Position numbers and translations under genes: made by a program
Notes under the pieces: model-generated
The model's input: only the letters and a program-made list of their open reading frames with translations
What the model was told of the DNA's origin: nothing
Database searches by the model: none
DNA from: Sedimentisphaerales bacterium
GTDB lineage: Bacteria > Planctomycetota > Phycisphaerae > Sedimentisphaerales > SM23-30
Length of the DNA stretch: 64,000 nucleotides
Assembly: GCA_963663805.2 (NCBI GenBank)
Contig: CAXXMR010000013.1
Coordinates: 96,001 to 160,000 of the forward strand
Direction of reading: 5' to 3'
Part shown: in pieces, positions 12,403-23,667 of the stretch
Position numbering within the stretch: the first letter of the stretch is position 1
Layout of the letters: each line of letters begins with the position of its first letter

Positions 12403-13050
12403 ATGACAGCTATGCTTCTGGGCAAAAAAATTGGAATGACTCGCGTATACGACAAGAATGGCGTAATCGTCCCGGTGACGGTTATCCAGGCTGGTCCCTG
12501 TCGGGTGACTCAGGTTAAGACCGAGGATACTGACGGTTATTGTGCGATTCAGATGGGTATGAACGAAGTGAAACCTTCTCGTCGGACCAAGCCGGCCATT
12601 GGCCATGCGAAGAAGTCCGATACGGTGCCGTACAAGTTTGTGCGGGAACAGCGTCTGGAATCTGCCCCGGCGGTAGAATCCGGTGCGGAGCTGACGGTTG
12701 AGATGTTTGAAGGAATCGACTGGGTAGATGTTACCGGGACGAGCAAGGGCCGTGGTTTTGCTGGTGTGGTCAAGCGCTGGGGTTTCAAAGGCCAGCAGGC
12801 GTCGCACGGTGTAGAACGTAAGCATCGCAGTCCGGGTTCAATCAAGGGTAATGCCGGTTCGGCGGGCTGTTCTCGTGGTTTGCGTAAAGGCAAGAAGATG
12901 TCGGGTCATATGGGTGTGGACCGTAAGACCTCGATGAACCACAAGGTAATAAGCATCGATAAGGATAATAATCTGATTTTGGTTAAGGGTCCTGTGGCTG
13001 GTCCCAATAACGGGCTGGTAATGGTTCGTAAGGCAGTCAAGAAGGGTTAA
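12403..13050 (+). CDS. rplC: 50S ribosomal protein uL3
   Basis: GKKIGMT, DVTGTSKGRGFAGVVKRW. Confidence 0.99.
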   Translation: MTAMLLGKKIGMTRVYDKNGVIVPVTVIQAGPCRVTQVKTEDTDGYCAIQMGMNEVKPSRRTKPAIGHAKKSDTVPYKFVREQRLESAPAVESGAELTVEMFEGIDWVDVTGTSKGRGFAGVVKRWGFKGQQASHGVERKHRSPGSIKGNAGSAGCSRGLRKGKKMSGHMGVDRKTSMNHKVISIDKDNNLILVKGPVAGPNNGLVMVRKAVKKG

Positions 13051-13074
13051 CCGCTTTTATAACGGCTTAAGAAA

Positions 13075-13710
13075 ATGATAGATTTGCCAGTATACAATTG
13101 TGATGGAAAAGAAGTAGACCGCATGCAGGTCGATGAGTCGGTGTTGGGCGGCAGGGTTCGTCCGGCGTTGATTAAGCAGGCTGCGGTTATGTATCATGCC
13201 AACAAACGTCAGGGCAGTGCGACGACCAAGAGTCGTGGCATGGTTACCGGCTCGACTCGTAAGCTGTATCGCCAGAAGGGTACCGGTCGGGCTCGTGTGG
13301 GTGCCAACCGTACGGTAGTCCGTCGGGGTGGCGGTGTGGCGTTTGCTAAGCTTCCGCGTGATTTTTCTCAGCGGATGCCAAAGAAACAGCGTCGTTTGGC
13401 CCGTGACTCCGCGGTGCTTGCCAAGATGCTTGGCAATGACACGATTGTGGTAGATGAGCTGAAGTTTGACGCTCCCAAGACCAGCAAGTTCGCCGGCATT
13501 TTGAGCAATCTGAAAATTGACCGCACTTGTCTGGTGGCTCTTGAAGATGTCAACGAGGCGGTTTACAAGTCGCTGCGTAATATTCCTCGGGTTTATTCGC
13601 TGACGGTTGCTCAGTTGAACGCGGGTGATATAACTCGCCGCCGTAAACTGTTGTTTACTCGTGCAGCGTTGGAAAAACTGTTGAACCCAGAGGTTCCGGC
13701 CCAGGCTTAA
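13075..13710 (+). CDS. rplD: 50S ribosomal protein uL4
   Basis: RQKGTGRARVG. Confidence 0.99.
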   Translation: MIDLPVYNCDGKEVDRMQVDESVLGGRVRPALIKQAAVMYHANKRQGSATTKSRGMVTGSTRKLYRQKGTGRARVGANRTVVRRGGGVAFAKLPRDFSQRMPKKQRRLARDSAVLAKMLGNDTIVVDELKFDAPKTSKFAGILSNLKIDRTCLVALEDVNEAVYKSLRNIPRVYSLTVAQLNAGDITRRRKLLFTRAALEKLLNPEVPAQA

Positions 13711-13740
13711 TAAGTCTGAAAGCTATTTGAGGTAACTGAA

Positions 13741-14019
13741 GTGGATAAATTTGAAGTAATAGTCAGGCCGCTGATAACCGAGCAGAGCACACATCAGGCT
13801 GCGAATTTGAATGCTTATGCTTTTGAGGTTCATCGCAAGGCCCGGAAAGCGGAAATCAAACAGGCGGTTGAGAAGATCTACGAAGTGAAGGTCAAAGAAG
13901 TGCGCACCGCCAATCGCAAAGGCAAACCCCGTCGGCGCGGGTTTTCGATGGGCAGCACCGCTGAGTGGAAAAAAGCCATTGTGGTACTCGATGAGAATGA
14001 CCACATCGACCTGTTCTGA
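13741..14019 (+). CDS. rplW: 50S ribosomal protein uL23
   Basis: PLITE, WKKAIV; operon position. Confidence 0.98.
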   Translation: MDKFEVIVRPLITEQSTHQAANLNAYAFEVHRKARKAEIKQAVEKIYEVKVKEVRTANRKGKPRRRGFSMGSTAEWKKAIVVLDENDHIDLF

Positions 14020-14062
14020 TAAGAGGCCATTTGCAGGCAAGCAGTAAGAGAAAGATTAAACG

Positions 14063-14914
<852 letters not shown>

Positions 14915-14933
14915 TTAGGACGAGGCAGTCTCA

Positions 14934-15203
14934 ATGAGCAGATCATTAAAAAAAGGACCGTTTGTAGACGAAAAGCTCTTCCGCAAAATTATGAAGCAGG
15001 AAGATGAAAATGACCGTAGTCCCATCAAGACCTGGTCGCGTCGCAGTACGATAGTTCCTGAGTTTGTGGGTCATACGTTTATGGTTCATAACGGCAAGAT
15101 GTTCCACAAGGTATATGTCACCGAAGATATGGTAGGGCATAAGCTGGGCGAGTTTTCGCCGAGCCGAAACTTCCGTGGTCACAGTGGCGGCAAGAAGCGC
15201 TAA
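14934..15203 (+). CDS. rpsS: 30S ribosomal protein uS19
   Basis: [15 protein letters not shown]. Confidence 0.99.
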   Translation: MSRSLKKGPFVDEKLFRKIMKQEDENDRSPIKTWSRRSTIVPEFVGHTFMVHNGKMFHKVYVTEDMVGHKLGEFSPSRNFRGHSGGKKR

Positions 15204-15253
15204 GAAAACGTAGAACGAGCGTAAGCTCATAGTTAATTTCGGAAACAGAGATT

Positions 15254-15781
15254 ATGCTAGACAGCATTAGCTTAAAATTCAGTCGCGAAGAGGCAGGGAT
15301 GACAGTTAAAGAACTGTCCGATGCCAGCGGCATCGAAGTGTCGGTACTCCGGAACTGGGAAAATGGTTTGATGAAGCCGATTCCGAGTGCGGAGAGTGTG
15401 AATCTTTTGGCAAAAGCGCTGAGTCTGGAGCCTCAGGAGATATCGAAATGGCATGCATCACATAAGTTTGCCCCGATAACTCCGAGCAAGGCCCGCTTGG
15501 TCGCTGAGTTGATTCGCGGTCGTCGCGTGCAGGACGCGTTGGATGTCCTGAACTTTGCGAACAAACGTGCGGCGGTTATGGTCGAGAAAGTTTTGCGTTC
15601 GGCGATAGCCAACGCTGATGAGCAGGAAGCGGAAGTTGACAGGCTTTTTGTAACCGAAGCCCGTGTTGATGAAGGCGGTATTCGTCGCGGCACCCGTCGC
15701 TGGCGTCCGAAAGATCGCGGTCGCGCGGTTCCCTTCACCCGTTTGGCTAGTCATATTCACGTTAGTGTGGGGTTGGAATAG
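15254..15781 (+). CDS. rplV: 50S ribosomal protein uL22 with an N-terminal XRE-type helix-turn-helix domain
   Basis: Residues ~66-175 are L22 (TPSKARLVAELIRG, RPKDRGRA, SHIHV); residues 1-65 fit HTH_3/XRE (REEAGMTVKELSDASGIEVSVLRNWENG...LAKAL). Confidence 0.93.
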   Translation: MLDSISLKFSREEAGMTVKELSDASGIEVSVLRNWENGLMKPIPSAESVNLLAKALSLEPQEISKWHASHKFAPITPSKARLVAELIRGRRVQDALDVLNFANKRAAVMVEKVLRSAIANADEQEAEVDRLFVTEARVDEGGIRRGTRRWRPKDRGRAVPFTRLASHIHVSVGLE

Positions 15782-15828
15782 TAATAGTTTTGCATACTGC
15801 CCGGAGCAGAAGATAGAGGCTTAATAAT

Positions 15829-16539
15829 ATGGGTCAAAAGGTATCTCCAATAGGTTTCAGGACCGGCATTACTCTCGGATGGAAGAGTCGCTGGTTTGCC
15901 CCGAAATCCGCATACGGCGAGTTTCTGGTCGAAGACCAGAAGATTCGCAAGTTTGTCAACGCTCGTCTCAATGAGCAGCCCCCTTACGCGGCTATCAGCT
16001 GCGTTGAGGTTGAGCGGACTCGTGACGAGGTGCGGGTGACACTTCACACGGCTCGTCCGGGTCTGGTAATTGGTCCCAAGGGTGCTGAAGTTGACCGTCT
16101 GCGTGAGAATCTGGAAGACCTTATCGACCGTAAGGTGAGCGTGAATATAGTTGAAGTCAAACACCCTGATTTGAACGCTCAACTGGTTGCGGCGAGCATT
16201 TCTGAGCAGCTCAAGCGTCGGGCGGCGTTTCGCCGGGCGATGAAGCAGCATTGCGAACAGTGCATGGGCGCTGGTGCGATGGGAGTTAAGATTATTCTCT
16301 CCGGTCGTCTGGGCGGTGCTGAACTGGCTCGTTCGGAGACTCAGATTCTGGGCAGCATACCTCTGCAAACCTTGCAGGCCAACGTTGATTATGGTTTTGT
16401 TGCCTGCCGGAATCCTTATGGAATCATCGGTGTGAAAGTTTGGGTTTACCGCGGGATGTTTGGCCATGAGCCGGAACCGATTGTTCAAGCTCGTCCGCAA
16501 AGACGTGGCCGCCCCGGCGGTGGTTCTCCGCGCAATTGA
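15829..16539 (+). CDS. rpsC: 30S ribosomal protein uS3
   Basis: MGQKVSPIGFR, ARPGLVIG, GRLGGAE. Confidence 0.99.
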   Translation: MGQKVSPIGFRTGITLGWKSRWFAPKSAYGEFLVEDQKIRKFVNARLNEQPPYAAISCVEVERTRDEVRVTLHTARPGLVIGPKGAEVDRLRENLEDLIDRKVSVNIVEVKHPDLNAQLVAASISEQLKRRAAFRRAMKQHCEQCMGAGAMGVKIILSGRLGGAELARSETQILGSIPLQTLQANVDYGFVACRNPYGIIGVKVWVYRGMFGHEPEPIVQARPQRRGRPGGGSPRN

Positions 16540-16566
16540 CCAGGTAGTTTGAAAGGATAATCAGTC

Positions 16567-16986
16567 ATGGCTTTAATGCCCAAACGCGTAAAATTTCGTA
16601 AATACCAGCGTGGCACCCTGAAGGGCAACGCCACTAAGGGTAATTTTGTGGCTTTCGGTGAGTTCGGGATTCAGACCCTCGACCACGGGATGATCGATGG
16701 CAGACAGATTGAGGCCGGCCGTGTCGCCGCGACTCACTTCCTGCATCGTCTCGGTAAGGTTTATATCCGAATCTTCCCGCATCGCTCAGTGAGTTGCAAG
16801 CCTCTTGAAGTTCGTATGGGAAAAGGTAAGGGTGAACCTGACCGCTGGGTCGCAAAGGTGAAGCCGGGCACGATTCTTTACGAGATTGGCGGAGTTCCCG
16901 AAGAAGTCGCCAAGCAGGCACTTTTGAGAGTGGCCCATAAAATGCCGGTACGTTGCCGGTTCGTAACCCGTAAACATGTTGGCTGA
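16567..16986 (+). CDS. rplP: 50S ribosomal protein uL16
   Basis: PKRVKFRK, RMGKGKG. Confidence 0.99.
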   Translation: MALMPKRVKFRKYQRGTLKGNATKGNFVAFGEFGIQTLDHGMIDGRQIEAGRVAATHFLHRLGKVYIRIFPHRSVSCKPLEVRMGKGKGEPDRWVAKVKPGTILYEIGGVPEEVAKQALLRVAHKMPVRCRFVTRKHVG

Positions 16987-17015
16987 TATAATAGATATAA
17001 GTGAGTTGACCTGAC

Positions 17016-17225
17016 ATGAAAGCCAGTGAAATCAGAGAAATGAACCCGGACGAACTCGACGCTCAAATCGAGACCTTACGCCGGAAATTGTTTGATGTTC
17101 GCACGCAGGCGGTAACCGAGAAACTGGAAGATCCCAGTCTGCTGACCAAATGCAAACGCGATATTGCCCGGATATTAACAGTAAAACGTGAGCGTGAACT
17201 AGCCGCCGGCAAAGACCAGGACTAA
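17016..17225 (+). CDS. rpmC: 50S ribosomal protein uL29
   Basis: MKASEIR, KRDIARILT. Confidence 0.98.
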   Translation: MKASEIREMNPDELDAQIETLRRKLFDVRTQAVTEKLEDPSLLTKCKRDIARILTVKRERELAAGKDQD

Positions 17226-17253
17226 GGCTCTGTTAGCACGAGGATAAACGAAT

Positions 17254-17517
17254 ATGTCTGAAACACAGAGAAAACCGCTTCCCAAGTATACGGGCACCGT
17301 AGCCAGTATTTCCGGCAAGCAGACTGTACGGGTAGTCATGAGCTACCAGACCCGCCATCCCAAATATGGCAAGATGCTCAAGCGTAGTACCGTTGCTCAT
17401 GTACATGACCAGGACAATCTGGCCAAGGTGGGCGATGTGGTCGAGATAGTGAAGTGTCGCCCCATGAGCAAGACCAAACACTGGAGACTTTGCCGGGTGG
17501 TAGAGAGCCGGGGTTAA
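17254..17517 (+). CDS. rpsQ: 30S ribosomal protein uS17
   Basis: HPKYGK, CRPMSKTKHW. Confidence 0.98.
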   Translation: MSETQRKPLPKYTGTVASISGKQTVRVVMSYQTRHPKYGKMLKRSTVAHVHDQDNLAKVGDVVEIVKCRPMSKTKHWRLCRVVESRG

Positions 17518-17578
17518 CCGTAAGATTCTGGCCGCATGGTGCGGTGAACAGATAAAAGTGTAAATAAGGATTGTTGGA

Positions 17579-17965
17579 ATGATTCAGCAGGAAACCGTAC
17601 TCAACATAGCCGACAACAGCGGTGCTAAAACCGCATTGTGTGTTCGGGTTCTCGGCGGCAGTACTGGCGGGGGCCAGTTTACCCGTCGGACCGCGAGCAT
17701 CGGCGATGTGATTTGTGTCGCAATCAAGAAGTCACTGCCCACCCTGAGCCTTGACGATAAGAAAGTGCACAAAGCCGTTGTTATTCGTACTTCTTACCCG
17801 CTTCGTCGTCCTGATGGCAGTTATGTCAGGTTCGACAGTAACGCGGCGGTACTCATCAATGATGATGGCAACCCGATCGGCACTCGTATTTTTGGCGCGG
17901 TAGCTCGTGAGCTGCGTGAGAAGAATTTCATGAAAATCATCTCACTGGCAACGGAGGTGGTCTGA
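17579..17965 (+). CDS. rplN: 50S ribosomal protein uL14
   Basis: [20 protein letters not shown]. Confidence 0.99.
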   Translation: MIQQETVLNIADNSGAKTALCVRVLGGSTGGGQFTRRTASIGDVICVAIKKSLPTLSLDDKKVHKAVVIRTSYPLRRPDGSYVRFDSNAAVLINDDGNPIGTRIFGAVARELREKNFMKIISLATEVV

Positions 17966-18273
17966 TGTCATTGCATGTTAAAAAAGGCGATATAGTAATA
18001 GTGATAGCCGGCGATGATAAAGGCCGCAAGGGACGCGTGCTACATGTTGATCCGGTTAAGGGTAAGGTTGTGGTTGAAGGTATTAACCAGGCCTATAAAC
18101 ATGTAAAACCTTCTCAGAAGAATCCTCAGGGTGGCAGACTTCATATTGAAAAGGCGATTGACATCAGCAATGTGCTGCCGGTGCATCCCAAGACTGACAA
18201 GCCCACGCGGGTGCGTTATATCAAAGAAGGCGACCGCAAGGTGCGGGTAGCCGTCGATGGTACCAAACTGTAA
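17965..18273 (+). CDS. rplX: 50S ribosomal protein uL24
   Basis: KOW motif [15 protein letters not shown]. Confidence 0.98.
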   Translation: MSLHVKKGDIVIVIAGDDKGRKGRVLHVDPVKGKVVVEGINQAYKHVKPSQKNPQGGRLHIEKAIDISNVLPVHPKTDKPTRVRYIKEGDRKVRVAVDGTKL

Positions 18274-18312
18274 GGTTATTACGCGAAGAATAAGATAAAG
18301 GCTGAGATAGCT

Positions 18313-18852
18313 ATGGCGCGTTTCAAAGAACTATATAAAGAAAAAGTAAAACCTGGTCTGCTCAACGAGTTTAAGTATGCCAATCCGAATCAGATACCTC
18401 GTTTTGAGAAGATCGTGATTTCGATGGGTGTTGGTCGTGGCGTAGCGGACAAGAAGGCGATTGAGTCGGCGGTGCGTGATATGACAGTGATAGCTGGCCA
18501 GAAGCCTCTAATTTGCAAGGCACGCAAGAGTGTTTCGAACTTCAAACTGCGTGAAGGTATGGACATTGGTGTTAAGGTAACTCTGCGTCGCGAGCGTATG
18601 TTTGAGTTTTTGGACCGTTTGATTAGTCTGGCCGTGCCGCGAGTACGTGACTTCCGCGGTCTGAGTCCCAAGGGTTTCGATGGGCGTGGTAACTATAACA
18701 TGGGCCTGCAGGAGCAGGCGGTTTTTCCTGAGATTGATCTGGACAAGATTGACAGCACTCAGGGTATGAACATTACCATGGTAACTACCGCCAAGACGGA
18801 TGATGAGGCAAGATTCATGCTCAAATTGATGGGCATGCCTTTTAGTGAATAA
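18313..18852 (+). CDS. rplE: 50S ribosomal protein uL5
   Basis: FKLREG, PRVRDFRG, FDGRGNY. Confidence 0.99.
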   Translation: MARFKELYKEKVKPGLLNEFKYANPNQIPRFEKIVISMGVGRGVADKKAIESAVRDMTVIAGQKPLICKARKSVSNFKLREGMDIGVKVTLRRERMFEFLDRLISLAVPRVRDFRGLSPKGFDGRGNYNMGLQEQAVFPEIDLDKIDSTQGMNITMVTTAKTDDEARFMLKLMGMPFSE

Positions 18853-18892
18853 TTATATAATGTAAGCAGCCCGTAAAGGGCCCGAGGATTAA

Positions 18893-19078
18893 ATGGCTAC
18901 TAAGGCACTGAGAATTAAAGCGGAAAAAGATCCTAAGTTTAAGGTACGCGGTTACACGCGTTGCCAGCTTTGCGGCCGGCCTAGAGCTGTGTATCGCAAG
19001 TTCAAGATTTGCCGGATATGTTTCCGCAGTCTGGCCAATGAAGGCAAGATTCCCGGCGTAAAGAAGACTAGTTGGTAA
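18893..19078 (+). CDS. rpsN: 30S ribosomal protein uS14 (Zn-binding type)
   Basis: RCQLCGR...ICRICFR. Confidence 0.98.
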   Translation: MATKALRIKAEKDPKFKVRGYTRCQLCGRPRAVYRKFKICRICFRSLANEGKIPGVKKTSW

Positions 19079-19120
19079 GGTTATCCAAAAGAGTTTAAGA
19101 ACTCCCGGAGTAAGATAGAT

Positions 19121-19522
19121 ATGAGTCATTGTGACCCCATTGCTGATATGCTGACCCGCATACGTAACGCTGTTGAGATTGACCGTGACGATGTCAATGT
19201 CAAGGCGTCCCGTGTTTGCGAAGGTATTGCCCGTGTTTTGCAGGAGCAGGGTTTTATTAAGGGTTTTGATAAAATCGAAACCACTGACAAGCAGGGTGTT
19301 CTGAGAATCAGCCTGAAGTACGGCCCGCTGGGCGAAAAGGTTATTCACGACATCAAACGCTGCAGCAAGCCCTCGTGCCGGGTGTATTGTACCGTAGACA
19401 ATATACCCCAGGTTATGGGCGGCATGGGGATTGCGGTTATATCTACGAGTAAAGGCGTGATGGCAGATTATGACGCTCGCCAGCAGAATATGGGCGGCGA
19501 ACTGCTTTGTACAGTTAGCTAA
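19121..19522 (+). CDS. rpsH: 30S ribosomal protein uS8
   Basis: DPIADMLTRIRN, STSKG. Confidence 0.99.
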   Translation: MSHCDPIADMLTRIRNAVEIDRDDVNVKASRVCEGIARVLQEQGFIKGFDKIETTDKQGVLRISLKYGPLGEKVIHDIKRCSKPSCRVYCTVDNIPQVMGGMGIAVISTSKGVMADYDARQQNMGGELLCTVS

Positions 19523-19563
19523 GTTTAGTTGAACCCTGGTGTTCCTTAACAGAGTGATATGAA

Positions 19564-20130
19564 ATGAGTCGGATAGGCAAAAAACCAGTTAAAGTACCTT
19601 CGGGAGTCAAGGTTGAAGTGGCTCCACAACTGCTGAAAGTCAGCGGTGCCAAAGATACGCTAACTCTCGACCTGGATGGCGCGGTAAGTGTCAGTCAGGA
19701 AGGTGATGAGGTGGTCGTAACTCGTAAAGATGATTCCCGTCATGCCCGGGCAATGCACGGAACAATCCGGTCGCACATTGCCAATATGATTGAGGGTGTC
19801 ACCAAGGGTTTCCAGAGAGGCTTGAGCATTTACGGCACTGGTTACAGTGTTAAGGTTCAGGGTCAGAATCTGGAGGTTGCCGTTGGCTTTGCCAAGCCGG
19901 TGGTGATGCCGATTCCTGCTGGAATCAACGTTGAGATCAAGACCCCGGCTGCTCGTGGTAATGACAACCCGGCCCAGTTTATCATCAGTGGCCCAAGCAA
20001 GCATTTGGTCGGTCAGTTTGCCGCGGCGATTCGGCTGAAGAAGCCCCCGGAGCCGTATCTCGGTAAAGGTATACGCTATACCGATGAGCAGATTAAACGT
20101 AAGGTTGGCAAGGCCTTTGGTAGTTCTTGA
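19564..20130 (+). CDS. rplF: 50S ribosomal protein uL6
   Basis: MSRIGKKP, PPEPYLGKGIRY. Confidence 0.99.
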   Translation: MSRIGKKPVKVPSGVKVEVAPQLLKVSGAKDTLTLDLDGAVSVSQEGDEVVVTRKDDSRHARAMHGTIRSHIANMIEGVTKGFQRGLSIYGTGYSVKVQGQNLEVAVGFAKPVVMPIPAGINVEIKTPAARGNDNPAQFIISGPSKHLVGQFAAAIRLKKPPEPYLGKGIRYTDEQIKRKVGKAFGSS

Positions 20131-20203
20131 GCGAGAAGCGGCATAGCGGTTTTAGCAAGGCGGAAGCAGTTTCAAGCAGTGGCTTGATTACAGGAATACA
20201 GAA

Positions 20204-20563
20204 ATGGATAAGAATAAGTTTCTCTCAAAACGTTGGAGCAGACGCAAAGCGCGGGTACGCAAGAAAGTTGACGGCAGTGTTGACCGTCCTCGTTTGACGG
20301 TTTTTCGTTCGCTGCGTCACGTTTATGCTCAGGTTATCGATGATGTTAATGGCGTGACTTTGGTTGCCGCCAGTACTGTCAGCGAAAAACTGGGCGACAA
20401 GGCCGGGAATGTCGCCGCCGCCGAGAAAGTCGGCGAAGCAGTCGCCCGCAAGGCAATTGATGTCGGCATTCACCAGGTGAGATTTGACCGTAACGGCTAT
20501 AAATATCATGGTCGGGTCAAAGCCCTGGCAGACGCAGCCCGCAAAGGCGGCCTGACGTTTTAA
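20204..20563 (+). CDS. rplR: 50S ribosomal protein uL18
   Basis: [21 protein letters not shown]. Confidence 0.99.
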   Translation: MDKNKFLSKRWSRRKARVRKKVDGSVDRPRLTVFRSLRHVYAQVIDDVNGVTLVAASTVSEKLGDKAGNVAAAEKVGEAVARKAIDVGIHQVRFDRNGYKYHGRVKALADAARKGGLTF

Positions 20564-20633
20564 GTTAGATTATTGTGGCCTTCGGGCCTGGGACAGTTTT
20601 TAAAGTAATATTGATAATATTCTGGAGACGAAC

Positions 20634-21146
20634 GTGGCTAAATTTAATCCACGAACGAGCCCCCGCGATGACGACAGCCCGTTTGAAGATCAGGTTGTAA
20701 AGATCTTTCGCTGTTCGACTGTTGTAAAGGGTGGTCGCCGTTTCAGCTTCGGTGCCGTGGTTGTGGTCGGTGACCGTGGCGGCCAGGTAGGCATTGGTTA
20801 CGGCAAAGCAAATGAAGTTCCGCCCTCAGTGGAAAAGGGTATCAAAGACGCGCGCCGCAGTATGGCCAAGGTAAATCTCAAGGGGACCACCATTCCTCAT
20901 GAGGTAACGGGCAAATTCGGGGCGACCAAGATACGTCTGATTCCGGCCTCTGAAGGTACCGGAGTTATCGCTGGTGGTGCCGCCCGTGCCGTACTTGAAT
21001 TGGCAGGGGTCCATGATGTACTGACCAAGATTTACGGCTCGACCGCCACCAAGAACGTTGTCAAGGCGACGATGAACGCCCTGACCTCGCTGTTAAATCG
21101 TGAAGATGTTGAAAGACTTCGTGGGATGAAACTCCCCACTTCGTAA
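20634..21146 (+). CDS. rpsE: 30S ribosomal protein uS5
   Basis: [18 protein letters not shown]. Confidence 0.99.
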   Translation: MAKFNPRTSPRDDDSPFEDQVVKIFRCSTVVKGGRRFSFGAVVVVGDRGGQVGIGYGKANEVPPSVEKGIKDARRSMAKVNLKGTTIPHEVTGKFGATKIRLIPASEGTGVIAGGAARAVLELAGVHDVLTKIYGSTATKNVVKATMNALTSLLNREDVERLRGMKLPTS

Positions 21147-21161
21147 GGAAAGTTTGTAGCC

Positions 21162-21611
21162 ATGATGATTCATGAGATTACTGCAAAAGTCGGTTCGCAC
21201 CCCGCACGTCGTCGTAAAGGACGTGGGCAGGGCAGCGGATTGGGTAAGACAGCCGGCAAAGGTCATAAAGGCCAGCTTGCCCGTGCTGGCGGAATGCCTC
21301 CGGCGACCATGGAAGGCGGCCAGATGCCTCTGTTTCGTCGTTTGGCGAAACGTGGTTTCAATAACGCTAACTTCCGCAAGAATTACGCGATTGTTAATGT
21401 CGCTCAGCTGGACTGTTTTGATGAAGGCACGCGTGTAGACGCCGAACTTCTGAGCAAGGCAGGTCTGATTCGGGCCACTGACGGTCTGGTCAAGATACTG
21501 GGCGACGGCGAATTGAATCGTAAACTTGTCGTGGTAGCTAACAAGTTCAGCAAATCCGCTGAGCAAAAAATTACCGGTGCCGGCGGAACGGCCGAGTTAC
21601 TAAAGGCTTAA
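21162..21611 (+). CDS. rplO: 50S ribosomal protein uL15
   Basis: GRGQGSGLGKTAGKGHKGQ, EGGQMPL. Confidence 0.99.
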   Translation: MMIHEITAKVGSHPARRRKGRGQGSGLGKTAGKGHKGQLARAGGMPPATMEGGQMPLFRRLAKRGFNNANFRKNYAIVNVAQLDCFDEGTRVDAELLSKAGLIRATDGLVKILGDGELNRKLVVVANKFSKSAEQKITGAGGTAELLKA

Positions 21612-21631
21612 GGAAAGCTTAAAGGAGAGAC

Positions 21632-23005
21632 ATGTTCGCACCGCTCATAAATGTCTTTAAGATTCCCGAACTGCGTAAGAAGATTCTTTTTACACTGCTG
21701 ATGCTCTGTATCTACCGGATTGGTTTTTATGTTCCGGTACCGGGTGTTGACCAGGAAGCAGTCTCTGCCAAATTAGGCGGCGGCGATTCTACTTCTCCGT
21801 TTGGCCGGGTAGCTGACTACCTTCAGATATTCACCGGCGGAAGCTTGCGTCAAAGCAGTCTGTTCGGTCTGGGTATCATGCCTTATATCTCCGCTTCAAT
21901 TATCTTCCAGTTGCTGGGCACAGTGGTTCCTGCCCTGGAGAAGCTGATGAAGGAAGGGCAGGCCGGTCGAAAGAAGATTCAGGAATATACCAGATATGCC
22001 ACCGTGGGTTTGTGCCTGATACAATCCGCGGCGCTGATGGCCTGGATGAAGAGCATGGGTATGGTTTATCCGGACATTCTGGAGAACTATCAACATATAT
22101 TTATACCTATGGGTATGCTGGCCATGACCGCCGGGACGATTTTCCTGATGTGGCTGGGCGAGCAAATCGATGAATACGGTATCGGTAATGGTATCAGTCT
22201 TATCATTATGGCAGGTATCGTCTCGCGTATGCCCTGGGCGGTTATGCAGCTTGTCAAACAGGCCGATTTCTCGCTTGATGCCGGGGCTGGTATGATTGGC
22301 CCTTCGCAATTACTGTTTTTGGTGTTGGCTTTTGTCGGTGTGGTCGCCGGTGCGATTCTTATCACTCAGGCCCAGCGTCGCATTCCGATTCAGCAGGCCC
22401 GCATGACCCGCGGTCGTCGCGTCGTCGGTGGTCAGCGTCATTACCTGCCTTTGCGGGTAAACCACGGCGGGGTTATGCCGATTATTTTCGCTGTTACTCT
22501 GATGCAGTTCCCGCCCTTGATTATCTCGCAGTTTATGCGGATTGAGGCACTGCAGAACAGTAGCATTTTGATTATGATTGATAACGCGTTGAGATATGAC
22601 TCGTTCATATACAACTTTCTGTACATCGTTTTGATTTACTTCTTCGCTTACTTCTGGACCACGGTTCAGTTCCAGCCCAAGGAAATGGCCAATAATTTGC
22701 GTGATGCTGGCAGCTTTATTCCGGGTCTGCGGCCGGGCCGTCGTACCGCGGAGTATCTGGAAAAAGTCATGAGCCGCATTACCTACGTAGGTGCGGGTTT
22801 CCTGGCGATAATCGCGGTTGTGCCGACTCTGGTATTTGTATTGATGAAAGTCGATTACGGTGTAGCGACGTTTTTGGGCGGAACGGGTTTGCTGATTGTT
22901 GTTTCGGTTTCGCTGGATTTGGTTCAGCGTGTTGAAACTCACCTGATTATGCGTAACTATGAAGGCTTTATGGACGGCGGCAGAATCAAGGGAGCATTCA
23001 GATGA
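21632..23005 (+). CDS. secY: Preprotein translocase subunit SecY
   Basis: LGIMPYISASI, GIGNGISLII, FIPGLRPG; multiple TM segments. Confidence 0.99.
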   Translation: MFAPLINVFKIPELRKKILFTLLMLCIYRIGFYVPVPGVDQEAVSAKLGGGDSTSPFGRVADYLQIFTGGSLRQSSLFGLGIMPYISASIIFQLLGTVVPALEKLMKEGQAGRKKIQEYTRYATVGLCLIQSAALMAWMKSMGMVYPDILENYQHIFIPMGMLAMTAGTIFLMWLGEQIDEYGIGNGISLIIMAGIVSRMPWAVMQLVKQADFSLDAGAGMIGPSQLLFLVLAFVGVVAGAILITQAQRRIPIQQARMTRGRRVVGGQRHYLPLRVNHGGVMPIIFAVTLMQFPPLIISQFMRIEALQNSSILIMIDNALRYDSFIYNFLYIVLIYFFAYFWTTVQFQPKEMANNLRDAGSFIPGLRPGRRTAEYLEKVMSRITYVGAGFLAIIAVVPTLVFVLMKVDYGVATFLGGTGLLIVVSVSLDLVQRVETHLIMRNYEGFMDGGRIKGAFR

Positions 23006-23649
23006 TCGTAGTATTCTTAGGCCCTCCCGGAGCAGGCAAAGGCACCCAATGCAAATTGCTGGTGGACCGTTATGGTTTGGCTCACCTTAGCAGTGGTGAC
23101 ACCCTGCGTCGGGAACGCAAGGACGGAACGGACCTGGGCAAGAAAGCTCAGTCGTATATGGATGCCGGTCAGCTGGTGCCTGACGATTTGGTCGTCGCCA
23201 TGATGATGAAAGAAATGGAAACCGCCGGCGGAGCTGTCGTTCTGGATGGTTTCCCCCGCACGATAGGCCAGGCCGAGGAGCTTGACAAAGCTGTTCTGGC
23301 CGCCGGTCGTAAAATAGATGTGGTACTCGAACTTTGTGTAGATGATGATAAGCTGGAAGAGCGTATTACCGGCCGGCGGAGCTGCGGTAAATGCGGTGCG
23401 GCTTATCACCTGACATTTAATCCGCCCCAGCAGGATAATCAGTGCGATAACAGCTGTGGTGAACTGACCCAGCGGCCTGACGATACTTCTGCGGTAGTTG
23501 CCGAACGTATCAAGACTTATCATGCTCAAACCGCACCGCTGGTTGAGTATTATGAGAAACAGGGCAACCTGAAGAAGTTCGACGGCAATGTCGCAATAGA
23601 AAAGGTGACCGAGTCACTGGTAACCATTATGGACCAGGTGAAGGCTTAG
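23002..23649 (+). CDS. adk: Adenylate kinase (Zn-lid type)
   Basis: GPPGAGKGTQ, LDGFPRT, Cys-containing lid. Confidence 0.98.
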   Translation: MIVVFLGPPGAGKGTQCKLLVDRYGLAHLSSGDTLRRERKDGTDLGKKAQSYMDAGQLVPDDLVVAMMMKEMETAGGAVVLDGFPRTIGQAEELDKAVLAAGRKIDVVLELCVDDDKLEERITGRRSCGKCGAAYHLTFNPPQQDNQCDNSCGELTQRPDDTSAVVAERIKTYHAQTAPLVEYYEKQGNLKKFDGNVAIEKVTESLVTIMDQVKA

Positions 23650-23667
23650 GCCTGAAAAAGTTGAATC

